DNA of 64,000 nucleotides from Lama glama (taxonomy: Eukaryota): the NCBI GenBank assembly GCA_028534125.1, contig CM052832.1, positions 7,318,001 through 7,382,000 on the forward strand. The letters run 5' to 3'. Positions 1 through 14,680 of this stretch are shown here, piece by piece (within the stretch, counting starts at the first letter, position 1; every line of letters starts with the position of its first letter). The notes beneath the pieces were generated by a model. The model worked only from the letters and a program-made list of their open reading frames with translations, did no database searches and was not told where the DNA came from. Position numbers and translations under genes: made by a program.

Positions 1-2519
1 AAAGCACTTCCAAAAGTTGTGGTCATCAGAGAACCTGTAATGCCAAAGTAGTGATGGACTCCTTTCTCGATCTAAAACTGTCTTCCAGTTTCTTGAGAGC
101 TTCTATTCCTACCACTGAAAAGAAAAAATGTAACATTTAAGGAATAGGTGTTTTTTATTTTTTAATGCTATTGAAAATAGAAAATTTAAATAGCTGGGGG
201 AAAAATACAAAGGTAGCAGCATGTTGACCGAGACTTAAAACTGTAAGAGAAGTGTAGAAGTGTGACAGTCAAAGAGGAAGCTGGAAAGAGCCTGTAAGAA
301 AGCAGGTCAGCTACACAGGCAGGTTAAAGGGTTTCCTGCCACTGAAGAACTGACCCATTTTTTCTTTTATTCAAAGAGTGGTATCTCTTATCAGTGTCCT
401 TTTTTTCTCCATTTCGGCTTGATATTACTCTTTCCTTTCATGTAATGTTAATGTTGTGATATAAAAATCTATTATTAGTGATAAATCAATTTTTCTTCCT
501 TTCTCCACCAGCTCCCCCCTACCCCCAATCTAAGTCTCGAAGACAAGTCTGGACCAATTTCTCCATCCTGCCTCTGGCAGCAGACTGTAGCATTTCAGAT
601 CCTCCACCAAGTCCCGGCTGCTTCAAAGGAAAAATCCTACTTTCTTCAGTTAAGATCATAAGAAATATAGGGGGAGGGGGTCAGCTCTGTTTGGACATAA
701 TTACACTTCATCAAAAGAAGCTTTCTTCATCTTCCATGCGTGAAAAGTCTGCAAGCAGTTAAGTCTGTCTCTTTTTTTTAAATATAAAAATTGCTATTTG
801 GGAAACCAGCCAAAACTCAGAAAGCCAATATAGTAAAACAGTGCACACCCTTTGTTTCTCTTTGAAGTTTCTTAAATAAATATGTTGAGGGTTTACAAAG
901 TACACTATCACTTTGCCATAGTTTCTACTCAAATTGATCAGAGAAAAGTTATGCAGCATCTATATAATACAAAAGCAAGATAAATGAAAACACTAGCTTG
1001 CATCTATAAAGTAAAATAAAGTATAGCGCCTGGTCTTTTAAATACCAAAATTCATTACTCTAGATCAAAACAAAGTAATACTACATAAGGAGAAAATGTA
1101 ATTCAGAGCATACAGGTAAATCATCATGTTCAAATTTTTCTTGATTCTTACTAGAAGAAAGAGAAACTTTCATTGTACTGTGGGCCTGCACCAGTAACTG
1201 AGAAAGAAAAAAAAAAAAAAAGAATGAACACACGTACACACTTCACACCTAATCAGTCAACAGTGAGATAGGATGTGTTTTTTTTTTCTTTTAATGAACG
1301 TGAACTAAACCTGATGCAGAGATAACCCCTAAAGTTTTGATTCTACCAGAGGCTCTGAGCCTCATTTTATTTCAAACCTTTCAGTGACAGTATCTCATTA
1401 GCATGCATCATTTTTTTAAGTTAAAAGTACAACTTCTTGGCCCTATTCCTAGAAAGTAAACTAAAACTACTCATCGGAAACAGGCTTGCTTAAATTTCCC
1501 TTATCAACTTTTTACAATGGTAATAATTTGACATCTGATCCAAACTAAAGTGCAGTTATTGGACATGGTTTAAAAATTGATGTCTCTCATTTCCTAATTC
1601 AAACCTGGGTTGAAGTAATTCCATAGGTCTTTATAATTTATTTCACCCACGTTCCAAAGGGGTCTATTTTCTATCTTCTTATCGAAATACTTAAAAATGG
1701 AAATATTAGATTCAATAAATAAATAAATGAACATAATACTTCTAATGACTGACTATTAAAAGTCTCTCTACAGAATAAGTAAATAAAAGCCAAAATACTG
1801 GTTTCCTTAGAGGCTTTTTAAAAAAACATTAACCCCTTTTATGAAACAGCTATGAAAACCCTAAAAGGGGTTATTTTCTGTTTTATGATCTTTTGAAGGA
1901 TTCCTAATATTTGAGTGGGGTGGAAACTCTTAACTAACGTGGAAATATTTAGAGTCCTGATCATTCATCTGTCTAGGCAACTCTATGTAGTCATTCTAAC
2001 ATAAGTAACATATTATTCACTTATTCAAATGAAAGGCCTCTGTAAAAAAAAAACATAATTTTTAAATAGGTTCTTATAGGAGTAAATTAAATCATATAGA
2101 GGTAACATGTGTGATGAGTGAAGAGCATTATGCTAGCTGCCCTTGCTACAACTTACAGCAAAACTGATATTACCAGGAAATTGATCCAGTGCTGTTCCTT
2201 TTTTCTTTCCCTTTTGCCACTGAATCTGCTCAGTTACTTGGCTCCCCAAAACTCATAACTGGAACCTCCAACTGTTCTTCCCTCCACCTTATATGCTCAT
2301 ACACAGTGGAACTCGTTCTTCTGAAAACATTGTTTGAATTTTCGATATCATAAAAGAAAATGAAAAAGGCCTGAGCACTCACTAAAACACCCAACTTCAT
2401 CTGGATGGATTTAAATAAAACCTTCAGTAACTCCATTCAGTAGAAGGTGCTGATTTGTACACAGACTAGCCTACATTTCATCCGAGGATCCTAATGTGTT
2501 TAGTCCATTATCAGTATTA

Positions 2520-2693
<174 letters not shown>

Positions 2694-4344
2694 CTACATA
2701 AAACAGGAAACACAGCAGCAATAATGGCACCTCAGAAAAGCGTAAAAACTGAGACTACATTCTCACTGTAAATGATGCATCTTATCAGTACTCAGGGCTC
2801 TAGGCCCGTCCTGGCAGACAGGAACGAAGCGTCTGCACATGGGTTAGGATGCCACTTCAAACAGACCAATGTTACAGGGTCCACCCATTTCAAAGGCAGG
2901 CAGAAGTTCCCTTCATTTGTTGTTGGATTCTTCACAGCATACATGTACATTTTTTATTAAATCCCCATGTTAAGTTGTCCATAGGAATTACGCCACAGAA
3001 GGAAAGCTGATGCGCCCCATCCGCAGACTGCATTGCACATAATAAGGCACCGCCTGTCTGCAGCCTGGAGCGCCCTGAGGTGTGGGCAGCTCTATGGGAG
3101 AAGACAGTTAGGGGAAACCTTAGAGCTCCTGACTACAAAGAAGCCTAAATATGGTGAGGTATCCAGAACTACATTTCACCTCCTTACTGTGGGCTGGATA
3201 CTCAGCTGTCAATCACACTGCAAATAATTATTGAACGCTCGCTCTGCAGTGGACCCAGCAGAATGTGTAAAGCCATCCAGAAGTTTAAAGTCTAGGTACA
3301 GAATAGACATATATAACAGTCTGAAAATGATCACTGACAAATGAGTGGTATCGACAGAAAATACACCCTTGCCAAACTTCTGTCTTGTTCCATCTGCCAT
3401 CTTGGAATGACACACTTGCCTCCTTATCGTCAACAGTCAACCTGCAGCGGATTAACTCAGGAAAGTCAGGATCCAGAACAAACAGCCTCTGAGGCTAATA
3501 AACCTTTTCCCTGCTGCAAGGCAAGGGATCACACTTTGAACCAGGGTCGGCTAATTCACAAAGTGGGTGCCTCTGATGAGCAATGTTGGTGCAGTGTCTC
3601 TGCTGTCATGTACAAAACGCACTATTCTTAATCCATTACCACGGCCCTGCCCCTTGACATCCTTTCTTTCGACTAACTGCCAGGCTCCTGGAACATTCAG
3701 ATGATTTCCATCTCTCCCTCATTCGACTTCCAGATGCCCTTGCGGTGACTAAGCAATGGCTCCAGCTACAGTAGCCCACTCCTCTCCAACGACAAGACCC
3801 ATGTGTGCTTGCCTGTCTGGCAAGTATTACCCTCAGCCTTCTACTCCTAGTGCTGCTCCCTCCTTTGTCAACAATTCCACAAGGCAAACCTAAGCCTTTA
3901 ATTCATGCTCCCAGTACAATTTGTACATAACTCTCATTAAATCAGATTTCTTATCGTGTGATGAAACAGACACTATCACTATATTCTAGGTGCATTTCTC
4001 CCACCCATGAACCCTAGCCCAATGCCCCTCCACTCCACCCTCTGCTCGAGCCAGGGAAACAGCCAAACAAATAATAACAACAACAACAACAAAAACTTGT
4101 CAATATTTTCTCTATCTTTCCTTTTCTCTTAGGCTGTTTCTCTGTTCCAGTCCTTCTTTAGTACTTTGTTATTCGAAGTGCTAGAATCCTAAAATGTTCC
4201 CTAAAGTATAGAACCCACTTCTGTAGCATGCCACTGTACTCAGATGGTCCTCATTTCAATGTCCACATAGGAATGATCTGTCTACTCCTTTTGATACACT
4301 AGCCAGAGCGGTGAGGCTCACTCATAGGAGTCGAGACTATATTA

Positions 4345-4462
4345 GGTTGGAAGCTACATGAAGGAAGGGCCTTCATCTGTCTTGCTCGCCACCATATGCC
4401 CAGCTCCCAAAGCAGTGCCTGGCACATAGTAAGAGATCGATAAATATTTGAAATAAATAAGT
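4345..4462 (+). mobile_element. L2 3' end fragment
   Basis: aagctacatgaaggaagggcc...cagtgcctggcacatagtaag...taaatatttgaaataaataa is a typical L2 terminus. Confidence 0.75.
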
Positions 4463-7400
4463 GAAAGGGCACCACTTCCACTGCCAGTCGTCAGTGAGAG
4501 AACCAGTTAAAGGTTGAGTCAGCAAACCCCGCTAGCAGCAATATGCCCTGGCTCCAAACTCATTTTCTGACACCTTTTTTCGTCTCAGAGGAGAAGGAAT
4601 CATGCCGAAGATCCTTTACCCAGAATATACGGTTACTCTGTTCAATCTGAGAAGTCTCCCGGGTCCAGGGTAAATCCCTTGAGAACACAACTTCCTTCCT
4701 GCGTCCCTCATCTAGTGCCTCGAGGGGCTACTGAACACAGGTAATGCTCTGCCCCTGATGGAGGCCAGACACATTTCAACTTTTTGAATCCACCATGCCA
4801 AGAATGTGCACATTTGAAAAATACTGAAATAACTGACTCTGTTTGCCGGTATTCATCTGAATGTTTGACATTTTTTACACTCAGCATATTGTGCTTTTAA
4901 CACCTGCTGTGTGGCTTTCTATGTCAAAGTAAATATGGAACCAGTAAGCGTATTAATGAAGGCAGAAAAGTTGTACTGTTTAGAAGAGAATTAACGCACC
5001 AAAAATCAAGAGGCCCCACTTCTTCCCCACCTCTGTTACACATCTGCTATGATCTCAAGTAACTTCATCTCCCAGAGCCACAGTTTTCCAATATAAATTG
5101 GAAATCATTTTTTAAAGTCTGTAATGTAGTAGACACTATATAAGTATTGAGAATAATTGCAACGATGTACTTTTTATAAGATGAGGAGGCTAATTTCTGC
5201 TCCAAGTCGGCTGTGTGCTAAACATAGGCTTTTACTTATAAGCATCCTAAAAGGGTCCAACTGAATATGTAATTCTGCACTTTATGGCCTGAGATGATCT
5301 GGAGGGTTGCTGAGAGATACAAGAAGACTGCCGATGGGTCACACTCCCGGCTGGCTAAATTTCAGGGGGGAAAAAGTGAAGAAATCTGCCCCAATATAAA
5401 GATTTTTAAGAGCTCTGGGACATCATTATTTTACTGCATATTTTTAACATAATGGGTTTTTTTTTTAGCTAGGAGAAAAGGAAAATTGATTCAATATGGG
5501 AAAATATGAAAGAAAAGTTCCCTAAGAGTGAAATACATAAATCTATTTTTCTTTGCTTAAGCAGCATAATAATGGGCTATATTAAATATTGGAAGATTTT
5601 ACATATTACATTTAATAACAAAACACATAGGTAATCACAAGTCTTCTACAAGGCTTACAATTTGGCTTGGGAAAAAAAAGCTAACTAACAAGATATAGTG
5701 ACAACTTTTCCTGTTACGGCTGAATTCTATTTTAATAGCTAAATATATTGGTTTTTTTCTGCTATTCACTCTACCAAATCAGATTGCCTAATGTTTTTCT
5801 GAGGGAGAAAAAGAGGGAGGGGGCTAAAGAGGACTGTATTTGACTTTATATCAATCAGAAGTATAATTATACGTTTGAGTGTTTAAAGAAAAAAAGTAGA
5901 TCTCTGTAGCTAAAAAGTTTCCCTTGGAGATTCTCAACTGTGTTTATCTAAAAAAAAAAAAAAACCAAAAGAATCAAGAATTTTTTACACACTTCATCTG
6001 TACGGAACCCAAGCAATGAAAAACATTTTCAGGGGTAGAGAGCAGTCAAAAATCGCCTTTTAACTAGTGAGGAGTTAGCACGCATTAAAATTTGTTTCCA
6101 TATTACCCAATACAAAAAGTTCTGTTCTGCAAAGAATAATTTGTGATGAAACCTTAACAGCTATTTTTCTAGGTGCTTTTAAAATATAAAATTGACAAAT
6201 TCCAGAAACTTCACGGGGCAGAGGGAAGTAATTTTGTGTCCTGGCATTTCAGACTAGAGAAAGAAGTTCCTTTATTTCATGCACCTCGCTATAACTAGCA
6301 TTTAAATCACATGATATGTAGCTTGTGCAAAATAAAGTAAACGGATACTTAACTCTAGAAATGCTATTGAAATTTTTTATGAGACTCCCTATGACTAAAT
6401 CTGTGAATTATTCTGAAAGAGGAGCAATGGAGAATTAACTCAGACTCTTAAAATTGTTTCTGTGGTCTTATTATATTAAATTTAAATTGCCTATGACATT
6501 TCCATGGACAGAAGACTAGTCTTAACCAATCAGTTACTCTTAAAGACCAGTATCACTTGGCACATTGTACTTGTAGCAAAATTGAAATGTAATTATTTTT
6601 CAAGACAAAACTTGATCAAATCTTTCTTTGGAATAAAAAGAAAGGTAAGGGCATACTTGCAAAAAGGAAGTTTTAGTCCTTTGGTAATTATTTAAAGATA
6701 ACTTTAAATAAACTATCAACAAGTTTCACAAACATTAGAGTTACTTCTTAGGATCTAACCTAGAATTTAGAAAAACCAGACTGAATTATACAGCAAAGAG
6801 TAAATACAATATAAAAATATCATTTCATAATTTTAAAATATATGTCAAAGAGAAATCTGGTGGAAATTATTTCAGTTTAAGCCAGGAATTTATACACCAT
6901 TTAGCAAGCTGGTTTAGATCATCTGACAATGGATATCCTGGAATTTTGAAAGGATGCAAACAAACAGCAATGTCAATGGAGAGAAAATAATGAAGGCTAT
7001 CTTCCCATGCCTGTTTTCAAATAAAAGTTTTCTAAAAATTTATTTATTTATTTTCCATCTAAAATTGTTTCCATTGTCTTACCAGTAAGTTTTATACATT
7101 CAATCCTAAAATGTTTATCTTTACATAATTTGCATTGCATTTAAAGGCATGACACAAAAATGTGTCTGTCTTCACACAACTTGAAATCTATTCCAGTTTA
7201 CACAATTTTGCACAGCAATTCATAGTAGGTTTTGTAAGTATAAACAGGTTTAATAACCTGTTTTTCTTTGTTTAGGTATAATTCCATTCAAAATGACACA
7301 AACATAAAATGTGATCATTAAATATGTAAGGAAAATACAAATCATTATGTCAAATACTAGCTGCATACTTGTTTATGAAGAGAAAAATGGCCAGTGATGT

Positions 7401-8587
7401 TGAAAAAATTATTTTCAAATAGAAATTGCTCCATCATTTTGAAACCATGCTTATGACAAATACTGAAAGGTATCATTAAACATACAGAATTAACTATGAG
7501 CAATAGATCATATATCTAAAAATGTGTTTTCTTTCCTTAACATTGCCAGAAAAACATATGATTCTGGTAAATATATAGTCCAGTGTTCTCTAACTTAAAA
7601 CAGTGCAACAGTCTTGCACTACTTTTAGCTTTCAAACATACATCTGGACTTAAAATTTCTGCAGTGTTTCAGCTTGAAACTATTTAAAGCAACGGAGTTA
7701 TGAACCCTGAACACCAGGCTTCAGGGTGGAAATGCTGACAGACCTCTAAGGACAGGGTGCTACTGGATGCAGGGCTAACATGTTCTCTCTCCACTGTTTC
7801 TACCTGACCATTAACTAATGAGCTGAATTTGCAAACTGCTTTTTCATCACTGCAATTACCTAGGACAGAAAGGGCCTGGGATCCTCTAATAGTATGCCTT
7901 AACTATTTTAAGCTTTCAGTGAGATACATCTGAGACAAATGTTAAAAATATTTATTTCCATTTCCTTGACACCTGGGAGGACTGAACATTTCAAAACTGC
8001 AGAACTTTGTTAAAAATATAACGCTAATAAATAACTTTACATATTTTAAAGTATACTAGTTGTTTTTGCACTTTTACATGTGAGAGTATAAATGAATTTG
8101 GTATTCTTGTATAATCCCAAAACAAAATCAGGTGAACAGCACTAATATGTGACGTGTCTTAATACACTATATCGCCAGTATCATTTTGAAGCACTGTTTT
8201 AAGTTAATATATCAAAACACAGTCTACTGAATTCATTTCTCATTCTCTGCACTGCTGAGCTCAGTGTCACAGACGTAAAATATGGGTTCAATAAATATTA
8301 TATTGATTTGAATGCCAGACTTCTCAACAATTAAGTTCTGTATGTGTGTTTTGAAATATATGTACCTATCTGATATCTACCCAACAACACGATAATTTAC
8401 TTTGTGCATAGCTCTAAATATGATAGCCAAAGGGCTGTCACCACTTTTAAAACTGAGACTTCTTCATATTACTTCTTCATTGCAGATGTATTTGATTATG
8501 TTGCAAGAGTGTACAAAGTCTACGGCTTGCAGGCTTTTATCTCGAAAGTAAGGTAAAAAGAGGTTGTTTCTACTAACATTCAGATGA

Positions 8588-8610
8588 AAACAAACAAACA
8601 AACAAACAAA
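8588..8610. repeat. (AAAC)n microsatellite
   Basis: Directly visible. Confidence 0.85.
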
Positions 8611-9481
8611 AACTGTTCTCAAAATCTGGATGTTCCAAGTATCTACACATCTTTTTCAGCAGAGACAAAAATTCAATACTGACTAGATCTTAGCTATCAC
8701 CTGCTATTTGAATTTTGTTAAACACAGGTGTGGGGAAGGGAAAACATGAAAGTCAAGTTTTAGGTTAAATCAATTTATCTTTCAATTAATATGAATTAAA
8801 ATATTCAATTTAATATGGCTGTGTGTTACCAATGGTTTTGCTGACTGGTTAAAAGTAAAATTACTCTGTAACTAATGGTAAGTAGGATTAATAGCAGAAA
8901 AAGCAATTGATTTTCAAAATAATTTTAAAAGGGTGGTAGTGAGAAAAATCTAAAGATATCCAAAATTCCTAAAAACAACTCAAACTAAATCGCATTCTAT
9001 CTTTATGCCAAAAACATCCTTTCTAGCTCAAAATCAGTTCAGCACCATAAATTTAAGAGAATGGTTCAAGACATTTATACCTTAAACATGTTTAGCAGAA
9101 CAAACACAACAGAGAACATCAAACATTTAAATGATATCTTTAAAAACGTCGGCACCTATCCTTATATTTTTACATATCCCAACTTGTGGCATTTTATATA
9201 TAAAATATCTACTTATTTTATTATTTACTGTTTCCACCTAGGTTTTATGTTTGTGTTTTGAGGGGTTGGGGGTAGGGGTGGAAACAAATTTCCACGCTCA
9301 CTTAAGGCTAATTAGAAAATTTTGGGCTCTTGGAAGATGAACATTGTAAAAGATATCTCTCAAATGAAAATCCTAATTTCTGCGATTCACATTTATTCTG
9401 AGCTTTTCATATTTCAAGGAAGAAAACCCGAACCTACAAAATGGATGGTTATAAAAGGAGAAATAGGACGGTTAAAACACA

Positions 9482-9483
<2 letters not shown>

Positions 9484-9515
<32 letters not shown>
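9484..9515. repeat. (CA)n microsatellite, about 16 units
   Basis: Directly visible pure CA run. Confidence 0.95.
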
Positions 9516-9516
<1 letters not shown>

Positions 9517-11235
9517 TTCTTGAGCCAACTGCAAAATGAAACTTGCCCCAGAAAGCAACATCCCTTTTCCATAACAATTCATTCTGATTTCTGTTCTGAT
9601 ATAAGACATTGGAATATAATCAGCTCTAATTGACCTGGACTCTTCTTTCTTTCCACCCCACCCACACACGGAATATGAATGGGTGCGTGGAGGTGGGGGT
9701 GGGGGGGTGATCCACAACTGGGAACTGCCAGTGGCCCGTGGGAGTTTGGCCCCAGGGTCCACAAGGCAGGAACTGGCACAATTTTTCACCCCCTTCAGCA
9801 AGGCCTGCCTTACCCTGCTCTCCACAGATCCCAGAGCCCAGGGGACCCAGGCCCACCGTCCCGGGCTCAGAGACGAGACCGGGCCGGAAGCGTCTTTCTG
9901 GGAGCGCTCTTCTCCCTGGCGGGCTCACCTCCATCCCGGGCGCCCAGTCCCGCCAGGGAGGACGGCCCGGGATCCCATTTCCCCAACAACTCCGAGCGCT
10001 CTCGGCCCTGGGGGCTCTGCGAGGGGGCGAGGGCTGCCAGCGGATCCCCCTTGCACTACGGAGACCCATCCGGCTCCTGAGAGAGGGCCCGGACCCTGCA
10101 CTCTCAACCTGCCGAGCCGCCGCCCGCGACTCCGGCTGCTGACACCCGCCCTCAAACTAACGGGCCCGGGCGGGCGGAGGAGGCCGCGGGGCGCGCGGAG
10201 GGCGCTCTGCGGCCCCGGGGTCACTCCCTCCGCTCCCAGGTCACGGGCCCGAGCCTCCCACAACCTTGCAGAAGCGGGAGGGACCTTTGGAATCTGAGTC
10301 CTTAAAAGTGAGAATAAGACGAATTGCACCATGTCACCTCAGTTTTCAAGGCGGGCGAGCCGAAGACATTTCACAGGTTTCCCTTCTCCCTCTGAGGCGC
10401 GGCGACGCGAGGAGCTGGGTCCCTGTGAAGAGGCGGCCCGAGCCCCCGCCCCCTCCTCTGGCCCGCGCCGCCTTGCACGGAGGGTCCGGCGCCCGGGACT
10501 CCCGGGCTCCCCCGCCTCGGGGCGCGCGGCGACCCCGGCGGCCCCGCCTTCCTCCCGGTAGCGGGAACGGGCGCCGGTCTACAGGCAGAGAAAACGCCCC
10601 CCTCTTGTCTCCTCCTCACACGCTCCCCGAGTCGCTAGGTTTGCCCGGGACCCTCTCGGAGACGGTCAGGCGGCCCTCGCGCCTCAGCCGGCACCCTGAG
10701 CCCCGCCCCAGGCGCGAACGCCCGGCGCCGGCACCCCACGAACACCGGCCCCCGAGCCTGGGAGGGGCCGGGGCCGCTAAGGTTCAAGCGGGTCTGAGAA
10801 GGGGGCGCCGAGACGGGCGGAGGGCATTCGGCTGGGAGGCCGGGGAGGGGCGGCGCGGCAGCCCGCGGTGCGGGGTCCGCTGGGATGCGGGGGAGGGGGA
10901 CGCGGGACTCTCGGGAGAGAATGCCGGGGATCCTGGCCCCGGGGAGTGGGGGCGGGGTGGAGCAAGTCCGGGCGGCGGCGCCAAGAGTGGGCTCCGGGGG
11001 GCTCCTGGGGGAGGGGAGACGGCTCAGAGGAGTGGGTCAGAATGTTGGCCTGGAGGCTCAAGGGGACAGGGGGTGAGGTGGTGGCCAAGGGCACAGGTGG
11101 GAGAGGGTAGGATCTGCGCGGAGTCACTACGCTCGGAGCTCGCTGGGGAATCCGGAGGAAGCGGGCCGGACGGTGGTCCCTCGAGTCAGAACCACCAAAG
11201 TAGGAGCCTTGGAGGCCGTCCGGGTCGGGGCCTCA

Positions 11236-11712
<477 letters not shown>

Positions 11713-13269
11713 TTAGCGAAGTGGCCGGGGGAGGGGGAGGAGGGTGGAAATGAGGGGCGAGGAGGAGGAAATTGGGGGGGTGGAGGCGAGACGGGGGAAA
11801 GGGGATGGAGGTGATGGGGCTGAAGAGGTGAGAAATCAAGTTCGATGAAGCCGACTGCCGGGCGGAGTCTGACGCGGGCCAGCAGTGGCGGTGCGGAGTA
11901 ATCGGGTTGGCGGGTGGGGAGACCCGGGAGGCGCAGATCTTGCCGGAGTCTTTGGAACACCCAGGGTGGCAGCTGCGAACGGGCACCAGGATGTGTTTGG
12001 CCCGGGGAGGCGAGAGGCTTCAGTTTGCAGCAGCTTGGAGTGGGGTCCCTTGGGGCACCGCGTCCTGGGTGCGCTGGCGCCCCCTCCCAGTTCGAGTCCG
12101 GCGGTGGAGCGGAGTGGGTTCAGCAGTCCAGCCCCGAGGCCAGCATCGCCGCGCGCTGCCCGCCACCGCCACGCCGCCCCGCGCGCAGCTACCCAGCTGC
12201 AGGCGTTCGCGCCGCCGCCCGCCCGCCCGCGCCGCCGCTGCCTCCTCCGCGGCGGCCGCCGCTCCCCCCGCGCCGGCTGCACACTCAGATTCCTCCCGCG
12301 GCGGCTGCCAGCCCGGCTCCCCGGCTCCGCTCCTTCCTTTCCCTTCTCTTCTCGCCCTCTCACCGCCACCTCCTTGCATCCACTCCCTCCTGCTCTTTGC
12401 AAAATCTCCCCTGACCCTCGCGCTTCGAGGTGTCAGGAGGTAAGTCGCGGGCAGCGGATCTCGGGGCAACGGATCTCGAGCCTGCGAATCGCAGCCGCTG
12501 CCGCCGCCCGCCGGCCGCGGGAAGGAGCCCCCGGGACGCCGCGCTCAGCTTCCGAAGCCCAGAGAGGCGGCCCCGGTCTAGGGGGATCTCGCCTGGTCGC
12601 GTCCTCTTGCTTCTCGCCTCCTCCCCCCAGGACAAGGAACCCCCTCTTGGTCGGAGGAGGTTGAAGCTGAGACGCCAGAGAGCCGCCGGCTGATCTGACT
12701 GTCGTTATTTTTCGTTGTAACTTCAGGAGAGGAGGAAGGAAAATTCTTGAGCGTCTGTGCTGACTTCTCAGCACTCTTCACCCTTCCCCCACCCAACCCC
12801 CCACCTCTGCCGGAGCTGCTCCCGAGGAGAAAGATTTTGCAGGGTTTGGGTGTTTTATTGTGTTAAGTGACACCAAAAAATGAGGATGGAGCGGACACTT
12901 GTCAAAATAGTTTTTAGAAACTCAAGAGAGCGGCTGGACACTTCTTTCTTCTGTATTCAAACTTGCCATTCCTAGAGAACAAGGATGAGTTTTTTTTAAG
13001 GACTAGAAAACTGTCAGCTTGATGATTAAAATAAGTTGCAAAAACTCTCGCTGAGGGAAAACCCCAGAAGTTTTCCATGAATTTCAGCCTTTTATTAAAC
13101 CTATTCTGCATCTAAAACTAGGTCTAATGTCTTAACTTTCTCCCCCACCACTCCCGGGGAGAAATATAAAAATACAAAATAAAATATTCAAAATGCTTCT
13201 ATGGCTATTTATTTATGTATTTATTTCCCAATGTGGGTTAAAAAAGCGACTTTGGATCCCCCCAAAAGT

Positions 13270-13430
13270 TGTGGTTGAGAGGATGAAGGAGCGCGGACAA
13301 AAAAACGGCAGTTTTACCTAAAATGTGGTTTTTGGAGGCTGGGATTTCTAATGATTAGGTTTTTGTGGTTTATATAGACACGACTCTGGCTAAGGCGATC
13401 ATTACGCTGATGAGAGTCAGAAGCACGTGG
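13270..13430. promoter_or_regulatory. Cluster of three RUNX consensus sites with TATA-like and E-box motifs upstream of P2
   Basis: TGTGGTT at 13270-13276, 13324-13330 and 13364-13370. Minus-strand TATATAAA at 13376-13369. CACGTG at 13424-13429. Confidence 0.7.
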
Positions 13431-13849
13431 GTGTCTCCGACCAGCCTCAAACTCTGAGCCTTCAAAACAAATAAAACAATGTGCGGCGCCCGCAGAAGCC
13501 GGGAAATCCGCTTGAGGCTATTGCGCCCCTGAGAAGGGGGCACAGGGCCGTTTCCCCTCCTCGTCGTGTACCGCTACGTTCCTTGCTGTCAATCTCCTTT
13601 AAACCTCGCAAAGCTTGAAAACGTGTTTGCAGAAAGAATCATCATTTGCCATAGTCTCAAAGATTCCTAACAGGGTCGCTGACACTACACAGTAGTAAGT
13701 GATTTTACAAAAGTGAAAATGTATAATGCCTCCTCTTCGGAGTTCTCAGGAAGAAAGATAGTTGAGTCATCATTCACCTCCCTCCTCCCATCTTACTTAA
13801 ATCAATTCACGGACCCATTAATTGGTGTTTTTATTGCTCTGCTCAAATG

Positions 13850-14680
13850 CCTCTCTCACTCTGGTAGCGACCTGCCACGACCCTCCCCCCCGGTTTTTAA
13901 AGCGTTGCTTCCACTCGCCGAGCCGGCGCTTGGGGGTCTGCACCTTTGAAGGGACCTGGAAGAGCTTCGAGAGCGTGGGAAGTGCGGAAGAGGGGACCTG
14001 GTGCCTGTCACGGACTCTGGAACCCATTTCAAGCTCAGGGTGAACTTGGAGGGCGGTAGTTGCATGACCTGGGGACAGGGAATGCCCTCCAAAGAGATGC
14101 GCCGGCGACTTCCAATCGTGGGAGCGGAGGCGGGGGGCGGGGGTGGCTAGCGGAGCGCCCTCGATGGGGTTCAGGGGACATTGCTCTGTCCTTCCTCTTT
14201 GGGGCTTAATTTTTACCTTCCCTTTCCCCATTCACAACTCCACGCCTCCCTCGTCTTGCTTTTCCTTTCCCACTTTTCTCTCCACGTTCCCGCCTCTCCT
14301 CAAAACCTCTACAGACGCCAGCCTCCACGCTGCGCCCCTCTCGCCTCCTCGGCCTTCCCACGGCCGCCTGCCACCGTCGGTGACGCATTCTTCATCACCC
14401 TCTATGACACCCCCTCCCCAACCTACTCCTCGCCCCCAGCCTACTGGCCTCCGAACCCTGGCGCCCCCGGAATGCGAGAACCCACTTAACCCCACCGACT
14501 TGATGCGCAGCGAGGAACGGAGCTGTCTCCTGCGCCTGCGATTTTTAATTATCTTTTCGGTCACAGGGGAGAGCTCTAACCCCGGGCACCGCCGCGCAGC
14601 CGGCGCGCACCAGGGTTGGGTCTTCCCCAGCCGCACGCGGCAGACCAGCGAAGGGAAGCCAGGCTTACCTTTCATAGAGC
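13850..14680. promoter_or_regulatory. Second, upstream CpG-rich segment of the RUNX2 P2 region
   Basis: CpG-dense block separated from the main island by a more AT-rich spacer of about 1 kb. GC box ggggcgggg near 14135. Confidence 0.7.
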
